NCBI GenBank assembly: GCA_963705105.1
Contig: CAVPIW010000006.1
Location: 608,001-672,000 of the forward strand
DNA: 64,000 nucleotides
Reading direction: 5' to 3'
From: an uncultured Nitrospiraceae bacterium
GTDB taxonomy: Bacteria > Nitrospirota > Thermodesulfovibrionia > Thermodesulfovibrionales > Dissulfurispiraceae
Below are positions 20,108-30,921 of this stretch, one piece after another. The notes beneath the pieces were generated by a model, which ran no database searches, was not told the DNA's origin, and saw only the letters and a list, made by a program, of their open reading frames with translations. The number at the start of each line of letters is the position of its first letter. Position 1 is the first letter of the stretch. A program made the translations under genes and the position numbers.

Positions 20108-20787
20108 TGCAGATTCTCCCTCTTCAAATTCTTCATGATGTATGTCATCGTGCGTGACGTTCTGAACGGCGTTTCGCCGTTCCTCTCAACAAGGTCCGCG
20201 AGGTCCCGGGCGGTATCGACGTCACCCCAGGCCGGGAGCGTATGGACACTCTTTCCCAATCTCACGAACACCTCCATTGTCCTGCTGTAAACATCGGCCG
20301 CCCCCCAGGGCATGTCATAGAAAATATCCGGGATAAAAGATGTCTTCCCGAAGCCGATGAGATAATACCCTCCGTCCCGGGCCGGACCGAGAACGGCATC
20401 ATGTGTTTTCACCGCCGAGAATGCCTCATGAATAACATCAGGAGGCAGGTCGGGGATGTCCGTGCCGATGAGGAGAGCCTCCCCGTATCCCCTTTCGAAG
20501 GCATCTTCGAATGCCAGACTCATGCGTTCACCAAGATCGCCGCCCTTCTGAGGTACATACTCATATGCCGGACCCAGCCAGGCCTTCATGTCGTCCAGGG
20601 TCTCCGGCGGAAATGCATGGATGGACACAGGAAAGTCGCCTTCCGAAAGGGTGTCCAGGAAGTCGAGGACGAAACACTCATAGAGGCAGAGAGCCGCTTC
20701 GTCACCGATTGCAGCGGCAAGCCGCGACTTCACCCCCCCCTTTACGGGCTTTTTCACGAAAACGATGACACATTGCGACGTGTTCAA
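20104..20787 (-). CDS. TIGR04282/DUF2064-like glycosyltransferase
   Basis: FVKKP..G.VKSRL, QKGGDLGERM, IGTDIP, LGPARDGGYYLIG and DVDT motifs; TTG start with SD. Confidence 0.85.
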   Translation of the reverse strand: MNTSQCVIVFVKKPVKGGVKSRLAAAIGDEAALCLYECFVLDFLDTLSEGDFPVSIHAFPPETLDDMKAWLGPAYEYVPQKGGDLGERMSLAFEDAFERGYGEALLIGTDIPDLPPDVIHEAFSAVKTHDAVLGPARDGGYYLIGFGKTSFIPDIFYDMPWGAADVYSRTMEVFVRLGKSVHTLPAWGDVDTARDLADLVERNGETPFRTSRTMTYIMKNLKRENLQ

Positions 20788-20805
20788 GCTATCACCACCT
20801 TCCAG

Positions 20806-20975
20806 GCGTATGAAAGGGCGGGCGTATGCGCTGAAAAGCCTCGGTGCTGCGAAACCTTTGCCTTCCCGTACAGACTGTTTCGGGCCGGCGGCTGAAAAAA
20901 AGTGAACCTTTCCTGCTGACACTCACACTGTCAGTGACACTGTTTATCAGAGTGCTTCGTGCCGCCCTTTCACGC
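20806..20975. repeat. Intergenic IR-bounded element, subtype B
   Basis: Ends GAAAGGGCGG / CCGCCCTTTC; interior shared with 40389-40585 and 44657-44792. Confidence 0.75.
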
Positions 20976-20987
20976 AATGACAAGGTT

Positions 20988-21203
20988 AACCTTATCGTTG
21001 CAATACACTCCCGGGAAAGGCGGGGTGTATGCGCCGAAAACCTTGCTGCGGCGACACCTGTATCAAAACGAAAGATGAACTGTTCGCCAATGGTCGATGA
21101 CACAAAGAGCGGAATCCTGAAACACGAAGCTGACAATGCGTATCGTCGCCTTCAGCAATGCTTTGAGGCGCTTCGCCCCGCCCTTTCACGCAATGACAAG
21201 GTT
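20988..21203. repeat. Intergenic IR-bounded element, subtype A (216 bp)
   Basis: Termini AACCTTATCGTTGC / GCAATGACAAGGTT; near-identical to 45696-45911. Confidence 0.85.
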
Positions 21204-21209
21204 AACCTT

Positions 21210-21932
21210 CTACCGGTACACCTCGATGAAATCGACGAAGGAGACCGCCTTCTCGCCGGTGTTATCCGAATCGCTCATGATGGCGATGCTCGCCTTGACC
21301 GGAGGGTCGTCACCGAAGGCCTTCCGATAATCGTCCAGGACATTGACGTCCTCTGTGACCCATTGACCCACCCTTTTCGCTCCTCTTTCGATCATGATCA
21401 GCTTTGCCCGGTCAGTATAGGGGCTCGTGATGACCCGGTCACCGCCGTCCCTGCTGCTCCACACATAGTTCAGCGTGCTGTGAGGAGGATATTCGCCGTA
21501 GATGCTCTTGCCCAGTTCGTATTTCACCTTATCAAGGAACCCGGCCTTGTCCGGATCATAGGCAAAGATGATGTAGACGCGGATCGGGTAATCGTCCCCC
21601 TCTTTTGTCGTCGGGTCCGCTTTCGCATAGACATTGTTCACCTTCCATCGCCATCGCGCCTTCGGGTAATCAAAAACATTATAGGTGCCCTGGTAGACGA
21701 GGCCCGACGCCGAGGCGTCGCTCTCGGCCCTCAGGTGGCTCTCCCCTGCGGACGTCTCGATCGTGTATGACGTATGCTTCTTGATCTTCGGGAAATAGAG
21801 GGGTTTCCAGCGGTCAAGATTCCCGAAGTCCTCGCGAAACAGGGTGTCAGCCGCCGGCAACGGCATTGCACAAGCAAGAAGAACCGCAATGACCGCGAGA
21901 ACGATGACGGATCTGACACCCTTGTTCGTCAT
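21210..21932 (-). CDS. DUF3047 family exported protein
   Basis: Signal peptide; WRWKV, KEGDDYPIRVY, LNYVWS and IMSDSDNTG motifs. Confidence 0.85.
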   Translation of the reverse strand: MTNKGVRSVIVLAVIAVLLACAMPLPAADTLFREDFGNLDRWKPLYFPKIKKHTSYTIETSAGESHLRAESDASASGLVYQGTYNVFDYPKARWRWKVNNVYAKADPTTKEGDDYPIRVYIIFAYDPDKAGFLDKVKYELGKSIYGEYPPHSTLNYVWSSRDGGDRVITSPYTDRAKLIMIERGAKRVGQWVTEDVNVLDDYRKAFGDDPPVKASIAIMSDSDNTGEKAVSFVDFIEVYR

Positions 21933-21947
21933 ATGACCTCCCGACAA

Positions 21948-21976
21948 ATAAGGGGCGGAAATACCTTCCGCCCCCG
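21948..21976 (-). terminator. Intrinsic terminator-like hairpin
   Basis: GGGGCGGAA / TTCCGCCCC stem followed by TTATTT on the minus strand. Confidence 0.5.
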
Positions 21977-22000
21977 TGTAATCTCGAGACCCGACGGGCC

Positions 22001-22195
22001 TCAGCAGGACTGGGAGGTTCAGGTACCCCCCCTGATGAAACCGAAAAGACCAAAGGTGCTGTCCAGGTTGAATGCCATGACATTCGTGTTTCCGCAGTGG
22101 GGACACACCTTTTCCCCTGTATAGTCCTCACTTTCGGGCTCGACAAACTCGAACCTCCTGTCGCAGGCGAGGCAGACGCATTCAAACGTTGCCAT
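22001..22195 (-). CDS. FmdB-like zinc-ribbon protein, candidate selenoprotein (UGA at 22019-22021)
   Basis: CLAC...CPHC zinc ribbon. Readthrough gives ...GGT-U-TSQSC*, and a hairpin GAGGCCC-GTC-GGGTCTC has its loop 23 nt after the UGA. Confidence 0.7.
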
Positions 22196-22233
22196 CCTCA
22201 TTCACCTCCTGATAGAAAAATCCGTCTCTCTCA

Positions 22234-22491
22234 TTATCGTACCATACCGAGTCTTTCTGAATCTTCGTCCTTCCGGATTTTCGGCCGCAAGCCGAGGGCG
22301 TGCAGGATGTTCGCCATGACGCAGAAACCCGTGACGCCGAAGATGATGAGATTTACCCCCACAAGGACCGTCAGGATGAGCCAGTATGTGCTGTGAAAGA
22401 GGGTCAGCAGTGCGCTCGACAGGGTAAAGATCCCCGCAATGAGCCAGATAACCCTCTCAAGGTACCAACTGTCAGTGTTTGCCCGATACAC
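22234..22491 (-). CDS. DUF2892 (YgaP-like) membrane protein
   Basis: ERVIWLIAG...VGVNLIIFGVTGFCVMA; two TM helices with the conserved Cys. Confidence 0.8.
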   Translation of the reverse strand: MYRANTDSWYLERVIWLIAGIFTLSSALLTLFHSTYWLILTVLVGVNLIIFGVTGFCVMANILHALGLRPKIRKDEDSERLGMVR

Positions 22492-22509
22492 GATCTGAAA
22501 ACCTCCTTT

Positions 22510-25500
22510 TTATCTCTGCATATCCCGTCGCTTATACATGAAATAGAGCACTGGCACCATCGTCCTCGACAGGAGCGTCGAGGCCACCTCTCCCGCCATG
22601 AGCGATATCGCCATGCCCTGGAAGATCGGGTCGAAGAGGATGACCGACGAGCCGACGACGACGGCGGCGGCGGTCAGCAGCATGGGCCTGAACCGGATGA
22701 TGCCCGCCTGCACGACAGCCTCATCGAGGGGCACGCCCTCTGCAAGCTGCAGCTCGATGAAGTCGACGAGGATGATGGAGTTCCTGACGACGATGCCGGC
22801 CCCGGCAATGAACCCGATCATCGACGTGGCGGTGAAGAAGGCGCCCATAACGGCATGTCCCGGAAGTATCCCGATGAGGGAGAACGGTATGGGGGCCATG
22901 ATCACCAGGGGGACGACGAAGGACCGGAACCACCCGACGACCATGACGTAGATGAGGACCATGACGGCGCCGAAGGCGATGCCGAGGTCCCGAAAGACTT
23001 CATAGGTGATGTGCCATTCGCCGTCCCATTTCATGGCATAGCGGTCCTCAAGCCAGGGCTGGACGGACGAGTACTGCGCGAGATCATATCCCTCGGGCAG
23101 CTTCATCCGCCCGATCGTCTTTTTCATCTTGAGGATCACGTACACGGGGCTCTCTTCGGAGCCGGCGACGTCTCCCGTCACATAGACCACGCGCTTCAGG
23201 TTCTTCCGGTAGATCGTCTTGTCCTCGACGGTCGTCTTCTCCTTCACGAGTGCTGCGAGGGGTATGACCTGCCCTGACAGGGACTGAACGGGGATGTCCC
23301 TGAGGTCCGAAAGGGACGACCTCTCCGTAAGGGGCGTCCTCAGGAAGAGCTCGACAGGCTCCTTGTCTTTTTCCATATGGACGAGACCTGCCGTCATGCC
23401 GCTCAGGGAGGCCTGGAGCGTCTGCGACACCGCTTCCGCGCTCACACCGTGATACGCCGCCTTTTCACGGTCCACGGCAAAGGTCACCTTCGGCTGGTCA
23501 TCCTCCACATACCAGTCCACATCGACCACACCGGGGGTCTGCTCGAAGATGCCCCTGATGTCCCTGGCGATGGCGATCTGCCTCTCAAAGTCCGGTCCGT
23601 ACACCTCGGCCACAAGGGTGCTCAGCACCGGCGGACCGGGAGGGATCTCGACCACCTTGACCGCAGCGCCGTGCCGGTCACCGATTCGCTTGATCTCGGG
23701 CCTCAGGCGCTTCGCAATGTCGTGACTCTGGGCCTTCCGCTCCCCCTTGGACACGAAATTGACCTGGATATCGCCCACATTTCCGCCGAAACGCATGAAA
23801 TAGTGCCGCACGAGACCATTAAAGTTGAACGGCGCCGCCGTGCCGTTGTAGACCTGGTAGTGGACGACTTCCGGCACCGACTTCAGGTATTCGGCGATCT
23901 CCCGGGTGACGGCGGAAGTCTTTTCAAGGGGTCGTCCCCTCGGGCATATCGATGATCACCTGGAGCTCGCTCTTGTTGTCGAAGGGCAGCATCTTCACCG
24001 TCACGAGCTTCAGTGGAACAAAGGCGGCGGCCGCGCTGAGGAGAAGAACAACGAGAGCGATAAAGAGGATTCTTTTTCTGCCGCTGCCGAGCAGCCCCCT
24101 CAGGTTCCGTTCGTAGAGGTGATTGAGGGCCGTCATGATCCTGCCTTCGGCCTGTTCCTCCCCGCCTGCGGACTTCGTCCCCCTCAGGACCCGGTAGCTC
24201 AGCCAGGGACTGATGATGAAGGCGATGAGGAGCGAGATGAGCATCGCAGCCGATGCACCGACGGGGATAGGCCTCATGTAGGGTCCCATGAGACCGGACA
24301 CGAAGGCCATGGGGAGCAGCGCGGCGATGACCGTAAAGGTCGCCAGGATCGTGGGATTGCCGACCTCGTCGACGGCCGAGACGGCCGTATCGATATCCAC
24401 CTTTCCCATCCTGAAATGGCGGTGGATGTTTTCGACGACGACGATGGCATCATCGACGAGTATGCCGATCGAGAAGATGAGAGCAAAGAGGGTCACCCTG
24501 TTGAGGGTGTAACCGTAGAGGTAGTTGACGAAGATCGTGAGCGCCAGGGTCACCGGCACGGCGACGGCCACGACGATCGCTTCCTTCCAGCCCAGGGCAA
24601 TGGCAATAAGGATGGAGACAGATATGGCGGCGATGAACATGTGCTCGAGCAGTTCGTCGGACTTCTCCTTCGCCGTGTCGCCGTAGTTCCTCGTCGTGGT
24701 GACCTGCACGTCACCGGGGATGAGCGTTCCCCTGAGCGCCTCAAGCTTGCCGATCGTCCTTTCCGCGATATGAGTGGCGTTCGTTCCCTTCTTCTTCGAG
24801 ATCGAGACGGTGACGGCCTCGTGGAGCATGCCCTCTGAGCCCTTCATTGCCGGCCCGAATCCCATGAAGACGGTGCCTGCCGGTTCCTCCGGTCCGTCGG
24901 TGATGCGGGCCACGTCCCTGAGATAGACCGGCTTGTTGTTCGCAACGCCGACGACAACGCGGCCGGCCTCTGCGGCGTCGCTCAATTTCGCCCCCGCGTC
25001 CACGACAAACTCCCTGTTGCCCGACTGGAATGCCCCTGATGAGAGAAGGGCGTTCGACGACCTGATCGCGCCGGCGACCTGCAGGGGAGACACTGAATAT
25101 GCCGTGAGACGTGCCGGATCGAGGTCGATGCGCACCTGCCTGCGCTGGCCGCCGATGACCTGGAATTCGGCGATGTCGGCGTCTTTCTTCAGTTCATCGC
25201 AGAGTTCCATCGCGACCCGCCGGAGCTCATAGCCGCTGTAACGGCCGCTCCACAGGGTGAAGGCGAGGATCGGCACGTCGTCGATCGATTTCGGCTTCAC
25301 GAAAGGCTGGGAGACGCCGGGAGGGATCTTGTCGTAATTGGACATGAGCTTGTTGTAAAGCTTGACGAGGCTGTCCTCCATATTCTCGCCGACGTAGAAC
25401 CGGACTATGGCCATGCTGCTGCCGGGCCGCGAGATGGTGTAGACATACTCGACACCCTTGATCTCCCACAGGAACTTCTCCATCGGTTTCGTCACCCTCT

Positions 25501-25696
25501 CCTCCACCTCTTTGGCCGAGGCTCCGGGATAGGTCACGAAGACGTCCACCATGGGAACGACAATCTGGGGCTCCTCTTCACGGGGGGTGACGATGAGGGC
25601 GAAGACACCGCATATGAGCGCGGCGATCACAACGAGGGGCGTGAGCTTCGAATCGATGAAGGCCCGCGCGATTTTGCCTGCGATGCCTGTTGTCAC
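22510..25696 (-). CDS. RND efflux permease (AcrB family), +1 frameshift at about 23928-23931
   Basis: [26 protein letters not shown] and RFRPMLLT motifs. Removing one base in a G4 run joins EGTT to [11 protein letters not shown]. Confidence 0.9.
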
Positions 25697-25702
25697 TGTT
25701 TT

Positions 25703-25987
25703 ACCCTTGCAGTTGCACGGAAAGGCGGGACAAAGTGCCTCAAATCCTTGCTGATAGCAAGCCTCTCCCCGGAAAGGCAGATATGATTCAAAGCCTTTCC
25801 AATGCGATGATGAGACTTTTTCAGGTGTTCATCGCCTGTTGCCTGACGGGCGCTTGGCATCAACAGACACGGCAAAGGGTGGTCCGGTGATGAATAAGGT
25901 ATCTTAGAGGAAAGGCTTTTCACCACATCAGCCTTCCCGTCGTACCGACTGGTCACTGTTTTCTGCCATCTTCGCCCCGCCTTTCCG
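25703..25987. repeat. Intergenic IR-bounded element (same end family)
   Basis: GGAAAGGCGGGACAAAG ... CTTCGCCCCGCCTTTCC ends; lies inside the efflux operon. Confidence 0.6.
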
Positions 25988-25993
25988 AAGATC

Positions 25994-27133
25994 CTATTTC
26001 GGCAATGAAGTCACGATGCCGCCGTCAACGGCCTTTTCCACGCCGCCGGCGATGATCTTCTCACCCGGATTGAGTCCCGAGAGCACTTCCGTCATGCCCT
26101 CGCGGCCTTTGCCCTTCCTGATCAGCCGGTACGTGACGATCCCCTTGTCATCGACGGCATAGACCCCGGTGAGCTGTCCCTTCTCGACGACGGCCCCGTC
26201 GGGGACGACGATCGCTTCCCGTCTGCCGTCGGGTATGAGGACCCTCGCATAGAGCCCGGTCTTCAGCGCAGGGCCCTTTACGCCGATCTTGACGAGAAAA
26301 GATCGCGACAGGGGATCGACGGCGGGGACGACCTCGTCGATGCGGCCGCTCATGCGGGCGTTGAGGGCGTCGATGGATATTTGAACGGGCATGCCCTTTT
26401 TGAGCTTCCCTGAGAAGCGCTCGTCCACCCTCGCTTCGAGGAGATACGATGACGGGTCCTCGACGGTGAGCAGTCCGGCGCCCGGCAGGGCCATACTTCC
26501 CCGGTCAATCCTCTTTTCCGTCACGACGCCGTCAAAGGGAGCCGTGACACGGGCATGGCCGAGATGGACCCGGGCCTCGGCAACCTGTGCCTTCATCCTG
26601 TGCACCCCTTCCAATGCGCGCTCGTATTCCAGGGCCGCGATTGTCCGGCGCGTCTCGATTTCGTCGAGTTCCTGCTGCGTCAGCGCCTTGCCGTCGTACA
26701 GCTTCTTATACCTCTCATATGTGGCCTCGGCAAGGTTCCTGTTCTGCTGCGCCGTCTCGAGGGCCTTCTGGGCTTCACGATGACCGGCTTCGGCGGCCGT
26801 CACCCGCTCGATCATGTCACGGTCGTCGATCGTTGCCAGGACCTGCCCCTTCCTGACCCTGTCACCCTCTTTGACGTGGATGTCCGTGACGGTCCCCGTG
26901 GTCCTGCTCGCTATGGCGCTGATCGTCCTCGCCCTGACCGTGCCCGTCGTCTCGTAATAGTCATCGACCGGCGCCGCCGTCACGGCGATGACCCGCACGT
27001 CGCGCACCTCGGGTCTCTTCACCTCCGCCGTGCCCGGCTTCACCTTGTCGCCGCAGCCCTGCAGCAGGGCCACAGCGAGAAAAACGAGAAAGACGATTCT
27101 CGACGGCATGTCATAAACTGTTCTGTTCCGCAA
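25994..27133 (-). CDS. RND periplasmic adaptor (MFP), lipoprotein
   Basis: LQGC lipobox; VKEGDRVRKGQVL and VTAPFDGVV motifs. Confidence 0.9.
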   Translation of the reverse strand: MRNRTVYDMPSRIVFLVFLAVALLQGCGDKVKPGTAEVKRPEVRDVRVIAVTAAPVDDYYETTGTVRARTISAIASRTTGTVTDIHVKEGDRVRKGQVLATIDDRDMIERVTAAEAGHREAQKALETAQQNRNLAEATYERYKKLYDGKALTQQELDEIETRRTIAALEYERALEGVHRMKAQVAEARVHLGHARVTAPFDGVVTEKRIDRGSMALPGAGLLTVEDPSSYLLEARVDERFSGKLKKGMPVQISIDALNARMSGRIDEVVPAVDPLSRSFLVKIGVKGPALKTGLYARVLIPDGRREAIVVPDGAVVEKGQLTGVYAVDDKGIVTYRLIRKGKGREGMTEVLSGLNPGEKIIAGGVEKAVDGGIVTSLPK

Positions 27134-27259
27134 CTTTTGTCTCCTTCATTCCTGCCTGCCACAGCAAGAGTCATTAAGTCATTGAAGTCATTAAGTCAAT
27201 GGTCACAGTCGACAGTCCAAACCTCACAGCGAACACCCGATGAAGCGACACGTCACATG

Positions 27260-27470
27260 AACCTTATCGATGCAATACACTCCCGGGAAGGGCGGGGCGT
27301 ATGCGCCGAAAACCTTGCTGCGGCGACACCGTAACTCTCACAGGAGACAACCTTTCAAGCCAATGATCGATCACACAAAGTATAGAATCCTGAAAGACAA
27401 ACCATACGAGGAGCATCGTCGCCTTCAGCAAGGCTTTGAGGCGCTTCGCCCCGCCCTTCTATTACAAGGT
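27260..27470. repeat. Intergenic IR-bounded element, subtype A variant
   Basis: AACCTTATCGATGCAATACACTCCCGGGAAG...GCTTTGAGGCGCTTCGCCCCGCCC. Confidence 0.8.
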
Positions 27471-27490
27471 GAAAACGGTCGTCGCCTTCT

Positions 27491-28829
27491 TCATTCCAAT
27501 CCGAGGTCGCGGAGGATGATCCCGCTCTCATAGCTCAGGTTCGCGACGGCCTGAATGAACTCATTCTGCCGAGCCACGACGTTCGACCTCGCGCGGTCGA
27601 GGGTCACCTGTGCGTCCAGGAGGTCCACCAGCGGCGACAAGCCGCTCTCATAGCGGACCCTGACGAGCCGCCGTCCTTCCTCAGCCGTCTTCAGGGAGGA
27701 CCGTGCGAGCTCTGCATTCGTCCGTGCTTCCTCGACGGACCGGAATGCCTCATAGACCCTGAACGCCACCGCTTTTTTCATACCTTCCAGGTATTCGCCC
27801 GCCTCCGTCGCCTGATGACGGGCCATGGTCTTCTCGAAGGAGCGTTTCATCCCGTCGAAGAGGTCCCATCTCAGAAAGGCGCTCAGGGTCCAGCTCGCTC
27901 CCTCCCCGCCGAAGGGGTTGCTGTGATCGTGCAGATCATAGGAGCCGCCGACGCCGATGACCGGAAAGAAACCCGCCTCGGCAAGGTGAATGTTCCTGAC
28001 CGCATTTTCATGCCGTATCTCCATGGCCCTCACGTCCCGCCTGGACAGGGAAGCCTGCACGTACTGATCCATGTCCCTGACCGGTATCACCGCCTCGTCT
28101 GCCGTCACATCGACGGAGCCGGGACTGCCGAGGAGGAGGCCGAGTCCCCTCTTCGCCACATCCATGTTCTTTGCGGCGCTCACCTTTCTCTGCTCGGCCT
28201 CTGTCAGGGCCGTCGATGCCCGGAGCGTGTCCGAGTATAATGCCAACCCCGATTCATACCGGAGCTCGGCTATCCTGAGGTGTTCCCGGGCGTCTTCCAG
28301 GGACTTCTCGGAGACGGAAAAAAAGGCCTTCGCCGTTTGCACCGCCAGAAAGGAGGAGACGACCCGCATCGCCACGTCCTCCCTCTTTCGCCTGAATTCC
28401 TCGGTCACGGCCTCCGATTCACCTTTTGACATCTCCAGACCGATCGAGGCCTTGCGGACGAAGAGGGGCTGCTCGAAGCCGACGGAGGTCTGAAAATCGT
28501 TGATGGGACTGGGATCGTTCAGCGATGACAACTCGAAGTCTGACTGGGCGAACCTCTCCTGGTTGAGCTTCAGGGAAAATGACGTTGTGGGATTGTTCGT
28601 CCTGACGAAGCGTTCCTGGAAGAAAATGCGGGGGAGCAGATCGCTCCTGGCGATACCGACCCCGGCCTCCCGGGCTGCAACGGCACTCCGGAAGGCCCGT
28701 ATTTCATGATTGCCCTCGAGGGCCGCCTTCACCGCATCACTGAGATTCAGGCACATTTTCCGACGCAGAAAGAGCCGGCGAAAAAGAGGTCACGACGACG
28801 GCCAGAAAAATCAGGTTGATCCACCGCAC
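27491..28829 (-). CDS. TolC-family outer membrane channel, +1 frameshift near 28755
   Basis: Two OEP repeats (RYESGL...). The signal peptide from GTG 28829 (SD AGGAGG) is out of frame by one base. Confidence 0.85.
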
Positions 28830-28894
28830 AGCGTCTTCCTCCTGTGATCAGCGCCCCTTCTCCCCATCAGCCAGTTCCGGGACAGTATAGAACA

Positions 28895-29569
28895 TCATGC
28901 GGCCTTCTTCAAATCCGCGTCGAAGTGCAACGCATGCTTCGGGCAGGCGGCAACGCAGGTGGAGCACTTGATGCAGTCGTTGTCACCCAGGACACCCTGC
29001 GGCTTATACTCGTATGGCGTGAGCTGCATCGGGCAGACCTTCGAGCAGGCCTTGCAGGAGTTGCAGTCATCGTCGATGCTCAGGGGGTACTTCCCTTCCG
29101 ACATGAAGTTGCTCAGGGTCCCCATGGGGCAGATATGGCACCAGATGCGCTGCTGGTAGACAATGCCGAGGATGATGCCGACCGATGTGGTCACCGTCAA
29201 AAGTGTCACCATGGCGAGACCGACGGCGTCCCAGTCTCCCCAGAAGAGGACGACCTGGGAGCCGAGGACGGACAAAAGCAAGACGAGCATGCCGATGCGG
29301 AACCAAGTCTTCCTGAAGAAGGCCGGGATCCGGCGCCCCCTGCTGATTTTGCTCAGAAAGAGGTCATAGAAGCTCCCCCGCGGGCACATCCAGTCGCACC
29401 AGGCCCTGCCCTTGTAAAGTGCAACAGCGAGGGCGCCGACCATGCAGGCCATGAGAAAATACCCGATCTTCGGATAAAACCAGCCGCCCACGACAACGAG
29501 GGGCAGGCCGTACCAGGTGGCCGCCTGGAGCCTCGTCCTCTTCCTCTTCAATTCCACCAGTGTTCCCAT
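28895..29569 (-). CDS. Membrane 4Fe-4S protein (NapH/YccM-like)
   Basis: Two CxxxCP motifs and two CxxCxxCxxxCP motifs; TM helices. Confidence 0.85.
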   Translation of the reverse strand: MGTLVELKRKRTRLQAATWYGLPLVVVGGWFYPKIGYFLMACMVGALAVALYKGRAWCDWMCPRGSFYDLFLSKISRGRRIPAFFRKTWFRIGMLVLLLSVLGSQVVLFWGDWDAVGLAMVTLLTVTTSVGIILGIVYQQRIWCHICPMGTLSNFMSEGKYPLSIDDDCNSCKACSKVCPMQLTPYEYKPQGVLGDNDCIKCSTCVAACPKHALHFDADLKKAA

Positions 29570-29622
29570 CAATTCCTCCTCATTGTATTAACCTGATTAT
29601 TTATGAAACGCATCACGGCTTG

Positions 29623-30066
29623 TCATTCCGGCTTGTCCGGAATCCTTCTTTTTTTGGTGGCGTCATCTCCCTTCCTGCGGCTCCTCTTTTCTTCCATGTA
29701 GGCGAGGAAGGTCTTCATATCGCACCGGCCCGTCTTCTTCTGATAGGCCGTGCAATCGGCGAGGGACTCCAGATCGCGGCGGAATTCCCCGTCCTTCTCC
29801 AGCTTCCTGCGGAGAATGTCGAGCATGCCCGCCCGGTCGGCGTCAAGATCTCTTGTCAGGGAATAAAAGACAAGCTTGCCGTCTCTCCTTTCATCGAGAA
29901 GTCCCGCGTCTTTCAGCAGGCTCAGGTTCCTCGAGATGAGCGGCTGAGACACGCCGAGGACGCCCATGATCTGGCAGACACAGAGTTCCTTCATGGTGAG
30001 AAGCATGAGGATCCTGAACCGTGTTTCATCGGACAAGAGGCTGAAGAATTTGACTGCGCTTTTCAT
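29623..30066 (-). CDS. ArsR/SmtB-family regulator
   Basis: DETRFRIL, ELCVCQI and SQPLISRNL motifs; two extra C-terminal Cys. Confidence 0.9.
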   Translation of the reverse strand: MKSAVKFFSLLSDETRFRILMLLTMKELCVCQIMGVLGVSQPLISRNLSLLKDAGLLDERRDGKLVFYSLTRDLDADRAGMLDILRRKLEKDGEFRRDLESLADCTAYQKKTGRCDMKTFLAYMEEKRSRRKGDDATKKRRIPDKPE

Positions 30067-30104
30067 ATAAACATATTTAAATACGTTGATGCGTAAAATG
30101 TCAA
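30067..30104 (-). promoter_or_regulatory. ArsR-type operator overlapping a leaderless promoter
   Basis: Imperfect palindrome ATAAACATATTT-AAATACGTTGAT (30067-30090) abuts the ATG; TTGACA at 30099-30104. Confidence 0.6.
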
Positions 30105-30333
30105 GTCCTTTTCAATCCCTTCTGCGCCAGGCCTTCCTCATTTCAGACATGCCTTTCCCGAATCGAGACGGCAATCAGATCTGATTCGCCGCATTTCAGT
30201 TTAATTTCAAGAGGTTGACAGCAGGCATATTCCTTGATTTACTGGTCAGTAAGCATGAAATCGGCACAGGATGGATATCTGTGCTGCAGGAAAACCGAAT
30301 AGTGAACCGGACGGATGAAAAGAGGAGGGAACG

Positions 30334-30666
30334 ATGAAAGCTATCATGTATTTCTTTCTCATGATGATGCTTATTGCAATACCGCTGTCGGGTTGTACAC
30401 CTTACCACGCTCAGGGAATAACGGCCGGCGCCGTTGTCGGTGGCGTGACGGGTGCGCTTGTCGACCATCATGAGCCTGCAAGGGGAGCAGTCATCGGGGG
30501 TACGATCGGCGGTCTTTTCGGCGGCCTCCTGGGTGAAGCGGCATACCGGAATTCTTATGGTTCCTATCCCTATTATTATGAGGGTCCGGGCTACCGCCAG
30601 TACGATGGCGGCGGGAGGCGTTACCCGAGCGCGCCGTATTACACTCCGCAGCCGCGATACAGGTAA
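30334..30666 (+). CDS. Glycine-zipper lipoprotein
   Basis: LSGC lipobox; GAVVGGVTGA / GAVIGGTIGG repeats; SD GAGGAGG. Confidence 0.8.
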   Translation: MKAIMYFFLMMMLIAIPLSGCTPYHAQGITAGAVVGGVTGALVDHHEPARGAVIGGTIGGLFGGLLGEAAYRNSYGSYPYYYEGPGYRQYDGGGRRYPSAPYYTPQPRYR

Positions 30667-30885
30667 CCCTCAGTGCCTTCAGCACCCCCTGGAAAAGGCG
30701 GGATGACAGATCCCTTGGCCCTCTTTTCCAGGGGGAAATAACGCAGGGGCCGTTCTCACAACGGCCCCTGCATGGACTGCGGCAGGGCTCTTTCGCCCCG
30801 CCTGTCCGCCCGACACAGGGCTTGCGAGGACTGTCGCTGACGGATTGACTTTGAGGCGTTTCGTCCCGTCGTATTACAATAAGGT
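30665..30885. repeat. Diverged IR-bounded element
   Basis: GGAAAAGGCGGGA ... TTTGAGGCGTTTCGTCCCG ends. Confidence 0.5.
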
Positions 30886-30921
30886 GAATGCGATCATTTC
30901 TCTCCGGAAAGGGGAAACCTG

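Noticed and set aside
20844..21770. 308-aa ORF spanning the repeats
   Set aside because: It is made of repeat-element sequence plus the antisense of the DUF3047 gene.
23924..23926. UGA in the RND gene as selenocysteine
   Set aside because: Homology continues in a different frame, so this is a frameshift rather than readthrough.
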